Shown here one piece after another: positions 20,031-30,066 of a DNA stretch of 64,000 bases. Source of the stretch: a virus; IMG/VR virus record IMGVR_UViG_3300035698_024280; one strand, given 5' to 3'. A model generated the notes under the pieces. It had not been told where the DNA came from. It searched no databases and worked only from the letters and a program-made list of their open reading frames with translations. The stretch's first letter is position 1; every line of letters starts with the position of its first letter. The position numbers and the translations under genes were made by a program.

Positions 20031-23000
20031 ATGGACGATAATAACGAAAAACAATACCACGGATTCTATAAGGGTCTAGTTGTTCAAAATAACGATCCAG
20101 CCAGAGCTGGTAGAATAAAGATTTTTATACCTAGTATAATGTCTAATGTTATTGAGAAGGAAAAATTAACGAATGAAGATACAAAAGAATATATAGATTT
20201 CAAAAATTTATTTAGTGACGGCACTGATGCATTTAAAGATAAAAAAGCATTAACTTTTCTTAAAAATAACTTATTATGGGCCCGGCAAATGTCCCCTCTT
20301 CTGGGGACCGGGAGCGGGGTAACTTATAGGCATCAGGATAATCTAAATACTACATCTGATAGTAATAACCGAGAAGAGTTCCCAGATAATAAAAAAATGG
20401 AAGGTTATCCGTTATCTATACCACCATTTTTTCAGCCGGGGGGTCATCAGGGCATAGAGCCAGCAATAACTGGTAATAAAAATTTAAAAGATGTACCTAC
20501 GATTCGTACAGACTTAGATAATAAATCGTTCGCTCCAGAACTAGGGTCAGGTCAAGCTAAAGGCATTTTTTCTATCCCAAGTGTAAATGCATATGTTTGG
20601 GTATTTTTTGATGGGGGCGATTATGATAAGCCAGTATATTTTGGATATGATCATAGTGATGACCAATGGAGAGGCATGTATGAAGCCGATCAAAAGGGAC
20701 ATAGAGGCGACAGCTATCCTAATATATATGAAAATGGTAAGACTGATGAGATTGAAAAGGATAGTATTTTATTAAGAAATAAGATTATATTTAATTTTAA
20801 ATCGGGACGTTTATTGTTTGATGAAACAGATTATAAGCAGCGTATACAATTATCATATAGAAATGGCTCTAACTTTGAATTTGACCCTACAGGCTATAAG
20901 TTATATGTTCAAGGTAAGGGTAGTGAGCTAGTGAATGGTAATAAATTCTTGACAGTAAATGGAGACTATATTGGAAGAATTAAAAGAAATTCTAATATCA
21001 CTATTGATAAAGATCTAGATCTCCGCGTAGGTAGTAGAAACGAAGAAACCTATAGAGAAGCGCGACGAGTATATTTAGATCGTTCTAAGATGCTTCATAA
21101 TTTTAGAAAAAAAAGAACAGCTGGGCCTATACAGGAGCCGGAAGATGTGGATTATTATAAGCCGGTTCCATTTAATTATCTGCTAGGTATACATAGCCCG
21201 TTAGATCCAGGGTCTGAAGCTAGAATACACAATCTTAGTTTATATAATTCCGCTGCTAATAATAAGACCAATATATTACTGCCTGGTACCCCGCTATATA
21301 CCCCAGCTACATTCAACAGAATATATTCTTCTTCTGCTAGTGTTAGGGGGCAACTCGCCCCTACTCCGGATTGTTCATTTACATTTGCAAATACCCACTT
21401 AGGTATATCTGAGACATCGAGAAACATGCCAGCTTTTTTGTTAGACTCTTACGATGGTAATATAGTATCTTCAGACTATAATTATAATAATTCCAAATTT
21501 AGAGTAGGTTTAGGTGACCCCAGAATGCCTATAAATGCGAAGAGTAAATCTAATAAACTTTACAAACAACGACATTGGCTATTCAAAACTAATCCAAAAA
21601 AATCAACAGGGTCTCCATTAGCTTTTAATAGAAAGAATCGTATATCTCGGGTTGATATGAGAGATCAACAAAACAAAAGCCCAGCGTCTGCAGGAGGTAT
21701 ATATGAGGATAACCCTAAAACTTCAAAGGAAGATAGGGCGCAGGAGCTAGTCAAGCTTAATATTCAATTAGATAAAATATTAGCGGAAGATGAAACTGGA
21801 GGTGATGCTCGATTTGAAGTTACAAGAGATGCTTATTTTGATGTTGGTGTAATTACAAACGACTTCCCGGCAATTAGAGTAGACCCAGAAGGGGGATTGG
21901 TTTTTGCTGGCGTACATACTACAGCATCTGGCGGTTCTAATGTTTATAAATCTACGCCGATATATGAAGAGACTCAAAATAGCTCTAATATACCAGTAGG
22001 TAACGTTGGATTTAACTTTGGAAATTCATTTAGTACTACAGTTGGGTCGGGAGGTATCACATTTAAAACGACCGGAGTTGTAGAGTGTAATGGCATAGCT
22101 ACTAGATTGTCAGGTACACACTCGCTAGAGCTAACAACTGGAGGCAATGCGAGGCTGACTGCCGGTAGATCACTTATAATATCTGCAGATACTATTTGTA
22201 TGAAGCAATCAAACGATATGCAATTAGGTATAGGCGGGTCTATGGGGATTGAGAATAATCTGACCGTCGCAGGTAGCACTATTTTAAATGGTGAGACTTA
22301 TGTGCAGCACATCACTGCTCCGGTCGAGATGCAGGTAACTGAGCAAATCAGTAATTTACAGGCTCGAACAAAATCCACAGAGCATGTAGCATATTTTCCG
22401 GAGGGTATGGTAATAGGTAAATTATCCACTCAAGATTGTCAAGCTATTGTTGCTGCTGCAGAGTCTGGGTCTGGTTCGGTATCTATTAGAGCATGGACTG
22501 ACACAGATGGTAGTGCAAAATTAGGAGAGCCCCCATCATATAAATATAGTATGGAGTTAGACGAATATATAATTGAGCCAGGGACTGGGTATAATGATAT
22601 AACAGATACTAATAGATCTGGGGATAGACGAAACTCTAAACTACTCAATGATGATGGTCTACCTACTACATCTTGGAAGCTACAGAATGACAACTGGGTG
22701 CAGATTGCCGGTAAAAGTAGTAATTCGGTACCTATATTTGGTACTGATAGACTAACATCAATTGAAGTAGAGATGCACAGCCATCAATTTAAGAATTTAC
22801 CGCTCTCTCTAAGAACATCTCATGAAGATGTATGTCTAGAAGCTTCTGATGTAGAATCCTATGCAGATATTAAATCTATAAGGAAAGGAAATAAACATGG
22901 TAAGGTCTTAGTGAAAGACTATGGGGATTCAGAGAGGCATAAAAATATTATGAAGCATCTTGAAAATAGTAGAGATTTGAAAACTACTACAAGTAATGAA

Positions 23001-23078
23001 ATAAAAAAAGCGCAGCTCCGAGGAACTGCGCTACCATCAATGATGGATGAAGTACAAAATAAAGTAAATATTAGCTAA
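20031..23078 (+). CDS. gp5: Baseplate hub/central spike (T4 gp5/VgrG-like)
   Basis: N-terminal OB fold Y.G.V.QNNDP...GR.K..IP, F.IP.V...VWVFF..GD...PVY.G; beta-helix-like repeats. Confidence 0.8.
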   Translation: MDDNNEKQYHGFYKGLVVQNNDPARAGRIKIFIPSIMSNVIEKEKLTNEDTKEYIDFKNLFSDGTDAFKDKKALTFLKNNLLWARQMSPLLGTGSGVTYRHQDNLNTTSDSNNREEFPDNKKMEGYPLSIPPFFQPGGHQGIEPAITGNKNLKDVPTIRTDLDNKSFAPELGSGQAKGIFSIPSVNAYVWVFFDGGDYDKPVYFGYDHSDDQWRGMYEADQKGHRGDSYPNIYENGKTDEIEKDSILLRNKIIFNFKSGRLLFDETDYKQRIQLSYRNGSNFEFDPTGYKLYVQGKGSELVNGNKFLTVNGDYIGRIKRNSNITIDKDLDLRVGSRNEETYREARRVYLDRSKMLHNFRKKRTAGPIQEPEDVDYYKPVPFNYLLGIHSPLDPGSEARIHNLSLYNSAANNKTNILLPGTPLYTPATFNRIYSSSASVRGQLAPTPDCSFTFANTHLGISETSRNMPAFLLDSYDGNIVSSDYNYNNSKFRVGLGDPRMPINAKSKSNKLYKQRHWLFKTNPKKSTGSPLAFNRKNRISRVDMRDQQNKSPASAGGIYEDNPKTSKEDRAQELVKLNIQLDKILAEDETGGDARFEVTRDAYFDVGVITNDFPAIRVDPEGGLVFAGVHTTASGGSNVYKSTPIYEETQNSSNIPVGNVGFNFGNSFSTTVGSGGITFKTTGVVECNGIATRLSGTHSLELTTGGNARLTAGRSLIISADTICMKQSNDMQLGIGGSMGIENNLTVAGSTILNGETYVQHITAPVEMQVTEQISNLQARTKSTEHVAYFPEGMVIGKLSTQDCQAIVAAAESGSGSVSIRAWTDTDGSAKLGEPPSYKYSMELDEYIIEPGTGYNDITDTNRSGDRRNSKLLNDDGLPTTSWKLQNDNWVQIAGKSSNSVPIFGTDRLTSIEVEMHSHQFKNLPLSLRTSHEDVCLEASDVESYADIKSIRKGNKHGKVLVKDYGDSERHKNIMKHLENSRDLKTTTSNEIKKAQLRGTALPSMMDEVQNKVNIS

Positions 23079-23089
23079 TACTAAATATA

Positions 23090-23353
23090 TTACTTATTAT
23101 TTGACCCACGTCTTATTGTATTATTTTCGTTTAAATCTGTTATTGATTGATCTAAAAACGCTCTCCAGGCTACCAGTCCAGGCATTGTTACTGAAGCAAA
23201 TTTAGTAAACCAATGCATTATATGCATATTTGCTATATCTTCTATTGGTATACTGTTAAATTCGTTTATCATTGTCGTAAGCATAGCTATGACAATATAA
23301 AGAATTAACCTCATGTTAACGCCACGGTTTGAAGGCTTGTTACTTGTGCTCAT
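23090..23353 (-). CDS. Small two-TM membrane protein, holin candidate
   Basis: Two hydrophobic stretches, basic C-terminus, TATAAATA 5 nt before ATG. Confidence 0.4.
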   Translation of the reverse strand: MSTSNKPSNRGVNMRLILYIVIAMLTTMINEFNSIPIEDIANMHIMHWFTKFASVTMPGLVAWRAFLDQSITDLNENNTIRRGSNNK

Positions 23354-23413
23354 CCATATATTTATAGCGTATACAAGTATAACCTCCAATTCTGGAGGTT
23401 ATTTGTATATATA

Positions 23414-24415
23414 TTAGAAATCGTCATCTAGAGCTCCCGCTGACTGATAGTCAATTACCCGAGTCTCAAAGAAGTTTTTTGCTTTAATAAGATCTTGTAC
23501 CTCTGATAAGAAGTCGAAGGGGTTTGTATCATTAGGGAATCTATAATCTAGACCGATACCTTCAAGCCTTCTATTACCTATATATTGCATATATTTAACA
23601 AACATATCTGAATTAAGCCCTAACACACCACGAGGTAATACATCCTTTGCATACGCAATCTCTAAATCGACAGCTGTCTTTAAATACCCAACCAACTCAT
23701 CCTGAAAGTCTTTAGTCCATATTTCCGGATTTTGCTTTATTATAGTTCTTATAAGTTGGGAGCCAAATTGAATATGTAGAGATTCATCTCTGAGTGTATA
23801 TTCAATTTGCTCTCCAATCCCTGGTAGTTTAGATTTTAATGCTAATAACATTGCAAACCCAGAGAAGAAGAAAGTTCCCTCACATACAATCCAGAACAGA
23901 AAGCAGGACTTTAAGAGAGCCTTAACTCCTTCAGGTGTAGATGAATCAATATCGTTGATATTGACATCTCTTGTAACTTCCATTAAAAAGTTATCTTTAG
24001 CAGCAATAGACGGTATATTTTCATATGCTTCGTATACATCTTCAGCTTTAAGATCTGTAATAGAGTCGCACATATATACAATAGTATCGTTATGCAAACA
24101 CTCCTCCCAAATCTGTCTAGCCATATATTGTCTACATTCTGGGTCAGTTATATATTTAAATAGCGTAACTAAATTATTACCTACTAAAGATTCAGATCCA
24201 GCAAAAAAACCGAGGCATCGACGCACAACCAATTTTTCATCAGCTGTCAACACACCATTACTCCAGTTTTGTATATCTCTTGTCATCCCTATATCCTCAG
24301 GATTCCAATTATTATTTTTTCCTCTCTTATACAGATCCCATGCCCATTTATTAACATGGGGTAGTATCTGATTTACCCCCTCTTGTACTTCTCCAAATAT
24401 TTTCCCTGTTTTCAT
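23414..24415 (-). CDS. nrdB: Ribonucleotide reductase beta subunit with class Ic (R2c) signature
   Basis: NNW.P, FFAGSESLVGNN, EECLHNDTI, EG.FF.SGF, RDESLH, FFE.RV.DYQ. Confidence 0.92.
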   Translation of the reverse strand: MKTGKIFGEVQEGVNQILPHVNKWAWDLYKRGKNNNWNPEDIGMTRDIQNWSNGVLTADEKLVVRRCLGFFAGSESLVGNNLVTLFKYITDPECRQYMARQIWEECLHNDTIVYMCDSITDLKAEDVYEAYENIPSIAAKDNFLMEVTRDVNINDIDSSTPEGVKALLKSCFLFWIVCEGTFFFSGFAMLLALKSKLPGIGEQIEYTLRDESLHIQFGSQLIRTIIKQNPEIWTKDFQDELVGYLKTAVDLEIAYAKDVLPRGVLGLNSDMFVKYMQYIGNRRLEGIGLDYRFPNDTNPFDFLSEVQDLIKAKNFFETRVIDYQSAGALDDDF

Positions 24416-24433
24416 ATTATTTATAGTTAAAAA

Positions 24434-26908
24434 TTATTGACAGCTTTCACATGTAGGGTCATCGATTCTGCAGACCATAGCGCTCATATCTTCTGTTGTA
24501 GTCGCTTCTAATGCACTCTGATTAATTGAAGCCTTTTCTACCTGAGATGCACTTTTATTTCTTAGGTAGTATGTAGTTTTAAGACCTATATTCCAGGCGT
24601 GCATATATATGTCGTTTAAATGCTTCATACTCGTCTTATTATTAAATATATTTACGGACATCCCCATATCAATCCATTTACCCCTTACTGCAGCTGCAGT
24701 AAGCAATGACATTTGATCCACATTAAATGCATCTCTGTATTTTAAAGCAACATCTGAAGGTATCTCAGGTATTTTAGACAGATCACCATCACATCCCTTT
24801 ATTCTACTAACCATATCATGGCTCCATAAACCTAAGGCTTTCATATCTGCAACAAACCAATCATTAATTACAGTAAAATCTCCACCTAATACACTACGAG
24901 CAAACAGCACATTAAAATAAGGCTCAGTACAAGATGAGCATCCAGCAATTTGAGAAATAGTCGCAGTTGGGGCAATAGCCATAGTATTTGAATTTCTCAT
25001 ACCGTAATTCTTAACATGGGATCTAACTATTGACCAATCTAATAGCTTACTCTCTCCCCTATATAGAGCTTCGTTCTGGCCTCCCTCTCTCTGTTTTAGT
25101 AAATCTAAATGAGTATCAATTGGGAATTTATTCTGATCCCACAGCGATCCTTTATAGGTGCTATATTTCCCTCTTTCTTTTGCAAGCTTGCTACTATTAA
25201 GTATAGTGTGATAAGATATAAATTCATATAGGTTGTCGCTATATTCTATAGCCTCCTGAGAGTCATATAGAACATCTAAAGCAATAAATAAATCGTGCCA
25301 CCCCATAGTTCCCATACCTACCGGTCTATGTCTAGTATTGGAATTTTTTGCCTCTTGCGTAGGGTAGAAATTAATATCAATGACATTATCCAGCATTCTC
25401 ATACCAGTGGCAATAGTACTAGCAATCTTATTATAATTAATTGAATATTTACCATCTAAATTTTTAATGATATGCTCTTTAAGATTAATTGAACCTAAAT
25501 TACATACTGCAGTTTCCCCATATTCATCAATTTCTCGATTATTATTTTCTTTATATTTGGTAGCTTTGCTATGTAATAGAATTTCAGTGCAAAGATTAGA
25601 GCTGTTTACTGTACCTTCATGTTGGTTTGAGTATCTTATATTACTAGGATCTTTAAAAGTAATCCATGGGTGGCCAGTCTCGAATATCATTCCTAGCATT
25701 TTTTTCCAAAGATCTTTTGCCTGTACCTCTTTAAATAATCGCAGAGTTCCAGCCTTACCTAATATTACATATTCCCAATATTTATTTTCAAACTCCTCAC
25801 CAAAAAGACCATGAAGCTCAGGAGTTTCGTCAGGAGAAAACAAATACCAAGGGCCATCTTTTTTTACTTGATTTATAAATAAATCTGGGATCCAATTTGC
25901 AGTATTCATGTCATGTGTTCGTCTCCGCTCGTCACCTACATTTTTCTTTAGAGCTAAAAAGTCTTCAATGTCAAAGTGCCATGTTTCGAGATATCCACAT
26001 CCTGCGCCCTTACGTTTACCTCCTTGGTTAATGGCTACGAGCATATCATTATATAGTTTCCAAAAATACACTGCACCTTGAGTATTACCATTAGTCCCCT
26101 TTATATATGCATTACTTCCTCTGAATGGTGTTAGGTCCATACCTAAACCTCCCGCAAATTTTGATTTCTGTGCCTCTTGATGCAGACCATCAAATATACC
26201 AAATACTGAATCCTCAAATGTATTTAAAAAGCATGAGCTTAATTGATTTCGAGTAGATCCTGAGTAAAATAACGTTGGCGTCGAACTCATATACGAAAAC
26301 GTAGATAATAAATTATAAAATTCAATAGCTCTTTTTGTTTTATTATCTTCTTTAATAGCTAACCCCATTGCTACTCGCATTACCCAAGCTTGAGGAGTCT
26401 CTACTACTTTACCATCTATTCTAAATAAATATCTCTCAGCTACTGCTGCAAGACCCTCAAATTGAAAATTGAGATCTCTGTCAGGTATTAAGGCCGCAGA
26501 AATTTCATCCATATCGAATTCAGTAAGGAGCTCTGGATTTACAATTTCTTCATCAATTAGAGACTTTAAATTGTCTATAAAGCATTTACTATATTGCTCT
26601 TCAAACGCCTTATCGTTAGTATTACTCTTAAAACAAGTTTTATATATGGTAAACAATAAAAGACGAGCAGCAACATATTTATATTGTGGGTCTTCTTCAA
26701 CTAAAGCCCTTGCAGACTTTATCAGTGACTCATCTATCTCTTGAGTAGTAACACCATCATATAACTTAACTTCTGCATTATATATAACTTGACGATGGTC
26801 TACATCATCTAGCCCCTTACAAGCCCTTTTGACAGTTTGAGTAATTTTCCTTGCATCAAAATTAACGGATTTACCGCTTCGCTTTATAACAGTTATAGTA
26901 TTGTTCAT
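24434..26908 (-). CDS. nrdA: Class I ribonucleotide reductase alpha subunit with one ATP cone
   Basis: VIKRSG ATP cone, STPTL, LSSCFL, SNLCTEI, VCNLGS.NL, APTATIS, C-terminal C..C. Confidence 0.97.
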   Translation of the reverse strand: MNNTITVIKRSGKSVNFDARKITQTVKRACKGLDDVDHRQVIYNAEVKLYDGVTTQEIDESLIKSARALVEEDPQYKYVAARLLLFTIYKTCFKSNTNDKAFEEQYSKCFIDNLKSLIDEEIVNPELLTEFDMDEISAALIPDRDLNFQFEGLAAVAERYLFRIDGKVVETPQAWVMRVAMGLAIKEDNKTKRAIEFYNLLSTFSYMSSTPTLFYSGSTRNQLSSCFLNTFEDSVFGIFDGLHQEAQKSKFAGGLGMDLTPFRGSNAYIKGTNGNTQGAVYFWKLYNDMLVAINQGGKRKGAGCGYLETWHFDIEDFLALKKNVGDERRRTHDMNTANWIPDLFINQVKKDGPWYLFSPDETPELHGLFGEEFENKYWEYVILGKAGTLRLFKEVQAKDLWKKMLGMIFETGHPWITFKDPSNIRYSNQHEGTVNSSNLCTEILLHSKATKYKENNNREIDEYGETAVCNLGSINLKEHIIKNLDGKYSINYNKIASTIATGMRMLDNVIDINFYPTQEAKNSNTRHRPVGMGTMGWHDLFIALDVLYDSQEAIEYSDNLYEFISYHTILNSSKLAKERGKYSTYKGSLWDQNKFPIDTHLDLLKQREGGQNEALYRGESKLLDWSIVRSHVKNYGMRNSNTMAIAPTATISQIAGCSSCTEPYFNVLFARSVLGGDFTVINDWFVADMKALGLWSHDMVSRIKGCDGDLSKIPEIPSDVALKYRDAFNVDQMSLLTAAAVRGKWIDMGMSVNIFNNKTSMKHLNDIYMHAWNIGLKTTYYLRNKSASQVEKASINQSALEATTTEDMSAMVCRIDDPTCESCQ

Positions 26909-26987
26909 ATATGATTTTTTTTATTAAAAGTATTGTGTAGATAAAAAAACGCATTGAAATTTTAAATTACAATGCGTTAATTATACT

Positions 26988-27356
26988 TTAGGCTTTTACT
27001 GAGCCTCTTAGCTTATTTATATATTTTAGTACAGCCGGGTCACTTTCATTAGCTGCTAAGGAGGATACTGCCTCGTAGTTAGCTAATACTCGCCGAACGC
27101 TAGAGTCTGAAGCTGCAGCTATTATTTTTTCTGTCTGTTCTGATGTTAATTTAGGTGCATCCTCGTCACTAACATCCATTAATGATCTTATGTTGTCTAT
27201 ATTATACCCTTTTCTGAGAAGCAACTCTACCTTCTTGCATACATACAAAGATAAAAATTCAGGTAATGTTATATTATCTTTTGCTGCTCTACTTTCGAGC
27301 ATTTCAGTAGTTATATAATATTTACTACCGGTTATATTACAAGTGAGTTTAGGCAT
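26988..27356 (-). CDS. Hypothetical protein
   Basis: 122 aa ORF; TATAAT upstream. Confidence 0.6.
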   Translation of the reverse strand: MPKLTCNITGSKYYITTEMLESRAAKDNITLPEFLSLYVCKKVELLLRKGYNIDNIRSLMDVSDEDAPKLTSEQTEKIIAAASDSSVRRVLANYEAVSSLAANESDPAVLKYINKLRGSVKA

Positions 27357-27372
27357 ATACTAATATTATAGA

Positions 27373-27774
27373 TTAGGGTTTAATTATTTCTACTTGTGAA
27401 ATCCTAAATTTTAAATTTTGTATTGCTTCTACAGCTTGATCTGACGATGAAAAGTTATTATCTATTTTATCTTTGAATCCGGTCTGCTCAATAGGTACAA
27501 AGTCTTCATCCTTTTTATATCTTATGTGTATATTATAACCCGAATCGTCTTCAACAATTTTGAATTGAAATGGCGTTTTAGTATTACGTACTAAATATTT
27601 ATTTGCTCCTGATATCCCTGTTGTATCGCCCATCATTTGAGTTGTAACTGTAGATGGCTTCTGCATTATACCATTTAGCGATGCCTTTGAAACACTCGAC
27701 CCTAGACCGGCACCAGAGGCCTTCGACCCGTGGTGTACAAACTCTTCACAATATTGCTTAAATGTTTTATACAT
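27373..27774 (-). CDS. Hypothetical protein, candidate internal head protein
   Basis: MYKTFKQYCEE N-terminus; TAAATA 8 nt before ATG. Confidence 0.5.
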   Translation of the reverse strand: MYKTFKQYCEEFVHHGSKASGAGLGSSVSKASLNGIMQKPSTVTTQMMGDTTGISGANKYLVRNTKTPFQFKIVEDDSGYNIHIRYKKDEDFVPIEQTGFKDKIDNNFSSSDQAVEAIQNLKFRISQVEIIKP

Positions 27775-27785
27775 TACTAATGTAT

Positions 27786-28217
27786 TTAATACATCTCCCA
27801 AGGATAGACTATCCACTCGTCTTTTTTTACAGTTTTAGCTGTGAAATCGGGAGTAAATATTGCTGAAGGTCTGTAGTGGAGGCTAGCGAATAATAGTATT
27901 GAACCATCTCCCTTATATTTCTGATAAATGCCCCCCATAGTTTCTCCAGAATCACATATATCGTCTATGTATAATGAATTACCTCTTTCTGAATTTCCAT
28001 AAATACTTAAATCCCCACGGGTCTCCCCATCATACGATTTAGCTGTTATTAAATATAGAGGTAATTTTAAAATTCTAGAAATTAAGCTGGCGGGGATTAC
28101 ACCACCTCTCTGTATGCCCACTACCTGATCAATCTCTGTATCGGATCGATTCACCTTAGCTGCAATATATGCGCAATATTCCTCGACCTCTCCCCAACTA
28201 ATATTTAACTTTTTCAT
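27786..28217 (-). CDS. Purine phosphoribosyltransferase (Gpt/Hpt-like)
   Basis: VG..RGG.IPA, PRPP loop YIDDICDSGETM, WIVYPWE. Confidence 0.9.
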   Translation of the reverse strand: MKKLNISWGEVEEYCAYIAAKVNRSDTEIDQVVGIQRGGVIPASLISRILKLPLYLITAKSYDGETRGDLSIYGNSERGNSLYIDDICDSGETMGGIYQKYKGDGSILLFASLHYRPSAIFTPDFTAKTVKKDEWIVYPWEMY

Positions 28218-28225
28218 ATGGCTAT

Positions 28226-28258
28226 AAAAAAGCGGGACCATCGATCCCGCTCTTTTTC
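28226..28258. terminator. Probable bidirectional terminator
   Basis: AAAAAAGCGGGA-CCATCGA-TCCCGCTCTTTTT. Confidence 0.65.
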
Positions 28259-28311
28259 CTATAAAGTTAAGTTACACCTTTACATTAAGCTATAACTTAA
28301 CTTTTAATTTA

Positions 28312-28848
28312 TTAAAGTGTTAATCTGCTGACACTAAGAGTAGTAATTGGGTTTGGCTCTGGAGAAGAAGCCCTAGCAGAAGAAGCAGCTACAGGCTCTA
28401 ATAGCCCATAGGAAATACCGTCAGCAATTGCAGTGAGTAAAATAACTAAATGATCGTCAATTTCTCCTTCAATGTTCTGAATATAAAAACTCCCATAGGC
28501 ACTGAGTGCTAAGCCCAAAGCACCAGAGACAATACCACTATACTTGCCGGTGCCGCTATCTGTATAAAATTCGATATTCTCCATTATATCTTCAGGGGTT
28601 AGTTCCTTTGCGCCAATTGCAGCTCTAATACCTAAAGCAGCACTCTTAAAGTATCTAGATGAATCTGGATTATTAATTAATACGGCAGCCACACTAATAG
28701 TAGTACCGGCTTTAAGTACGCTTGCGATTTGAGCGACCTTTAGACTATCGTCGAGTATATTACTACCTTCTTTGCAGCCGGTAAAAAGGGAACCGAACCC
28801 TAGACTGATAATAATTGCGAATGTAGTGAGAATAGATTTGATTTTCAT
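28312..28848 (-). CDS. Lipoprotein
   Basis: Basic N-terminus, hydrophobic core, lipobox LFTG-C. Confidence 0.65.
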   Translation of the reverse strand: MKIKSILTTFAIIISLGFGSLFTGCKEGSNILDDSLKVAQIASVLKAGTTISVAAVLINNPDSSRYFKSAALGIRAAIGAKELTPEDIMENIEFYTDSGTGKYSGIVSGALGLALSAYGSFYIQNIEGEIDDHLVILLTAIADGISYGLLEPVAASSARASSPEPNPITTLSVSRLTL

Positions 28849-28863
28849 ATAAATATATTTAAG
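28849..28863. promoter_or_regulatory. Back-to-back late promoters
   Basis: CAT-ATAAATATATTTAAG-ATG carries TAAATA on both strands between divergent starts 28848 and 28864. Confidence 0.5.
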
Positions 28864-29178
28864 ATGGAAAACCAAAACGATCAACTAAAAATACAAAGAT
28901 TATACGAAGATTTTAGAAATCCCGTGGGCTCAACTCAACCTTCACAAAATTTAGGGACGGTTCAGCACCCAAATGCTGCAAAGCCAGGATACTCTTACGG
29001 TCCTTCAGCTACAACAACTGGGCCATCTGCCGGTAAACATAATATGCTTACAGCAGAAAATGAGGAGGATGATTTAAATTTAGCTGGGGAAATCCGGGAC
29101 GTTATTAGTAACTGGACTGGCGGGAACAATTTATCCGCATTTATAGTAGCTATACAACGAGTATTACCCGAAAAGTAA
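28864..29178 (+). CDS. Hypothetical late protein
   Basis: 104 aa; ND...I..LYE N-terminus. Confidence 0.55.
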   Translation: MENQNDQLKIQRLYEDFRNPVGSTQPSQNLGTVQHPNAAKPGYSYGPSATTTGPSAGKHNMLTAENEEDDLNLAGEIRDVISNWTGGNNLSAFIVAIQRVLPEK

Positions 29179-29367
29179 TTTTTCGTTAGGTGCTGATTTA
29201 TCGGATAAATCACTATTTTCGATAAAGGCTATTGCACCATTTAGTAATGCTGCTTCGGCTTTTTTAAGTGTAATTGAAGCACCAGAAGCGTTAGTTATCT
29301 TCACCATACCGCATCCTACATCTTCGATTGTTACATTCCGTTCATTGGGGTCTATTTGTGCTGCCAT
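29164..29367 (-). CDS. Hypothetical late protein
   Basis: TAAATA upstream of ATG 29367. Confidence 0.5.
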   Translation of the reverse strand: MAAQIDPNERNVTIEDVGCGMVKITNASGASITLKKAEAALLNGAIAFIENSDLSDKSAPNEKLLFG

Positions 29368-29419
29368 AATTAATATATATTTATGGTATAAAGTTTCATT
29401 TTCTAGCATAAATAATAAT

Positions 29420-29626
29420 ATGGGCTGGCTTTTTAACTTACCGGGATTTGTACTTAGATTTGTATCTTCTGCTATTAATCGTGTAGATCAATTATTAAAG
29501 AGGCAGAAGCGTCGAAAAGAAATAGAAGAGAATGATACACATGATGCAAAAATTGATCAGCATGTAGAAGACGGGGATATAGACGAGCTCAATAAGGCCT
29601 TAGGGTGGTTCAAACCTAAGAAGTAA
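29420..29626 (+). CDS. i-spanin-like protein
   Basis: N-terminal hydrophobic helix then charged helical region, overlapping a lipoprotein gene. Confidence 0.45.
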   Translation: MGWLFNLPGFVLRFVSSAINRVDQLLKRQKRRKEIEENDTHDAKIDQHVEDGDIDELNKALGWFKPKK

Positions 29627-29886
29627 TGATTAAACATATAAATATTATATTTTTAAGCGCAATGTTCGCTTTTTCTGTAGGATGTGTTAGCGGGGACAAC
29701 CCTAGGATTAATACTATACAACCGATGCCAGCAGAACCAACCTGGATACATTTTACAGAAGCTCCGATTATAGGTAGACAAGAGTTGAATTTTATTGTTT
29801 CTTCGGAGTTTGTAAAATCCTCTATACAGCAGAAGAGATATTTAAACAAGCTGAAACGGTGGAAGGTTCTTAATCGTATACCGTAA
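29626..29886 (+). CDS. o-spanin-like lipoprotein
   Basis: Lipobox FSVG-C followed by Pro-rich segment; TAATG overlap. Confidence 0.5.
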   Translation: MIKHINIIFLSAMFAFSVGCVSGDNPRINTIQPMPAEPTWIHFTEAPIIGRQELNFIVSSEFVKSSIQQKRYLNKLKRWKVLNRIP

Positions 29887-29908
29887 CAACCGACAATCGT
29901 AAATGTTC

Positions 29909-29948
29909 AAAAAAAAGGTGTAGGGGTTAAATCCTACACCTTTTTTTG
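29909..29948. terminator. Bidirectional terminator between convergent genes
   Basis: A-run, GGTGTAGG-GGTTAAAT-CCTACACC, T-run. Confidence 0.85.
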
Positions 29949-30000
29949 TAAATGGAAATACAATACAGACCTAACTTAGTTAGGTCTGACAGCAATAATG

Positions 30001-30066
30001 TTATTGTCGCAATATTTCAAACGTCACGATTACAACAATGCAAACTATAATAATTTCAATAATCAT
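30001..30066 (-). CDS. 21 aa hydrophobic mini-protein coupled to queE
   Basis: MIIEIIIVCIVVIVTFEILRQ; TAATG overlap with queE stop. Confidence 0.4.
   Translation of the reverse strand: MIIEIIIVCIVVIVTFEILRQ

Noticed and set aside
26910-26985. NrdR box upstream of nrdA
   Set aside because: Only a half-match (ACACAATA) without the palindromic half; the nearby AACGCATTG/CAATGCGTT hairpin is unassigned.
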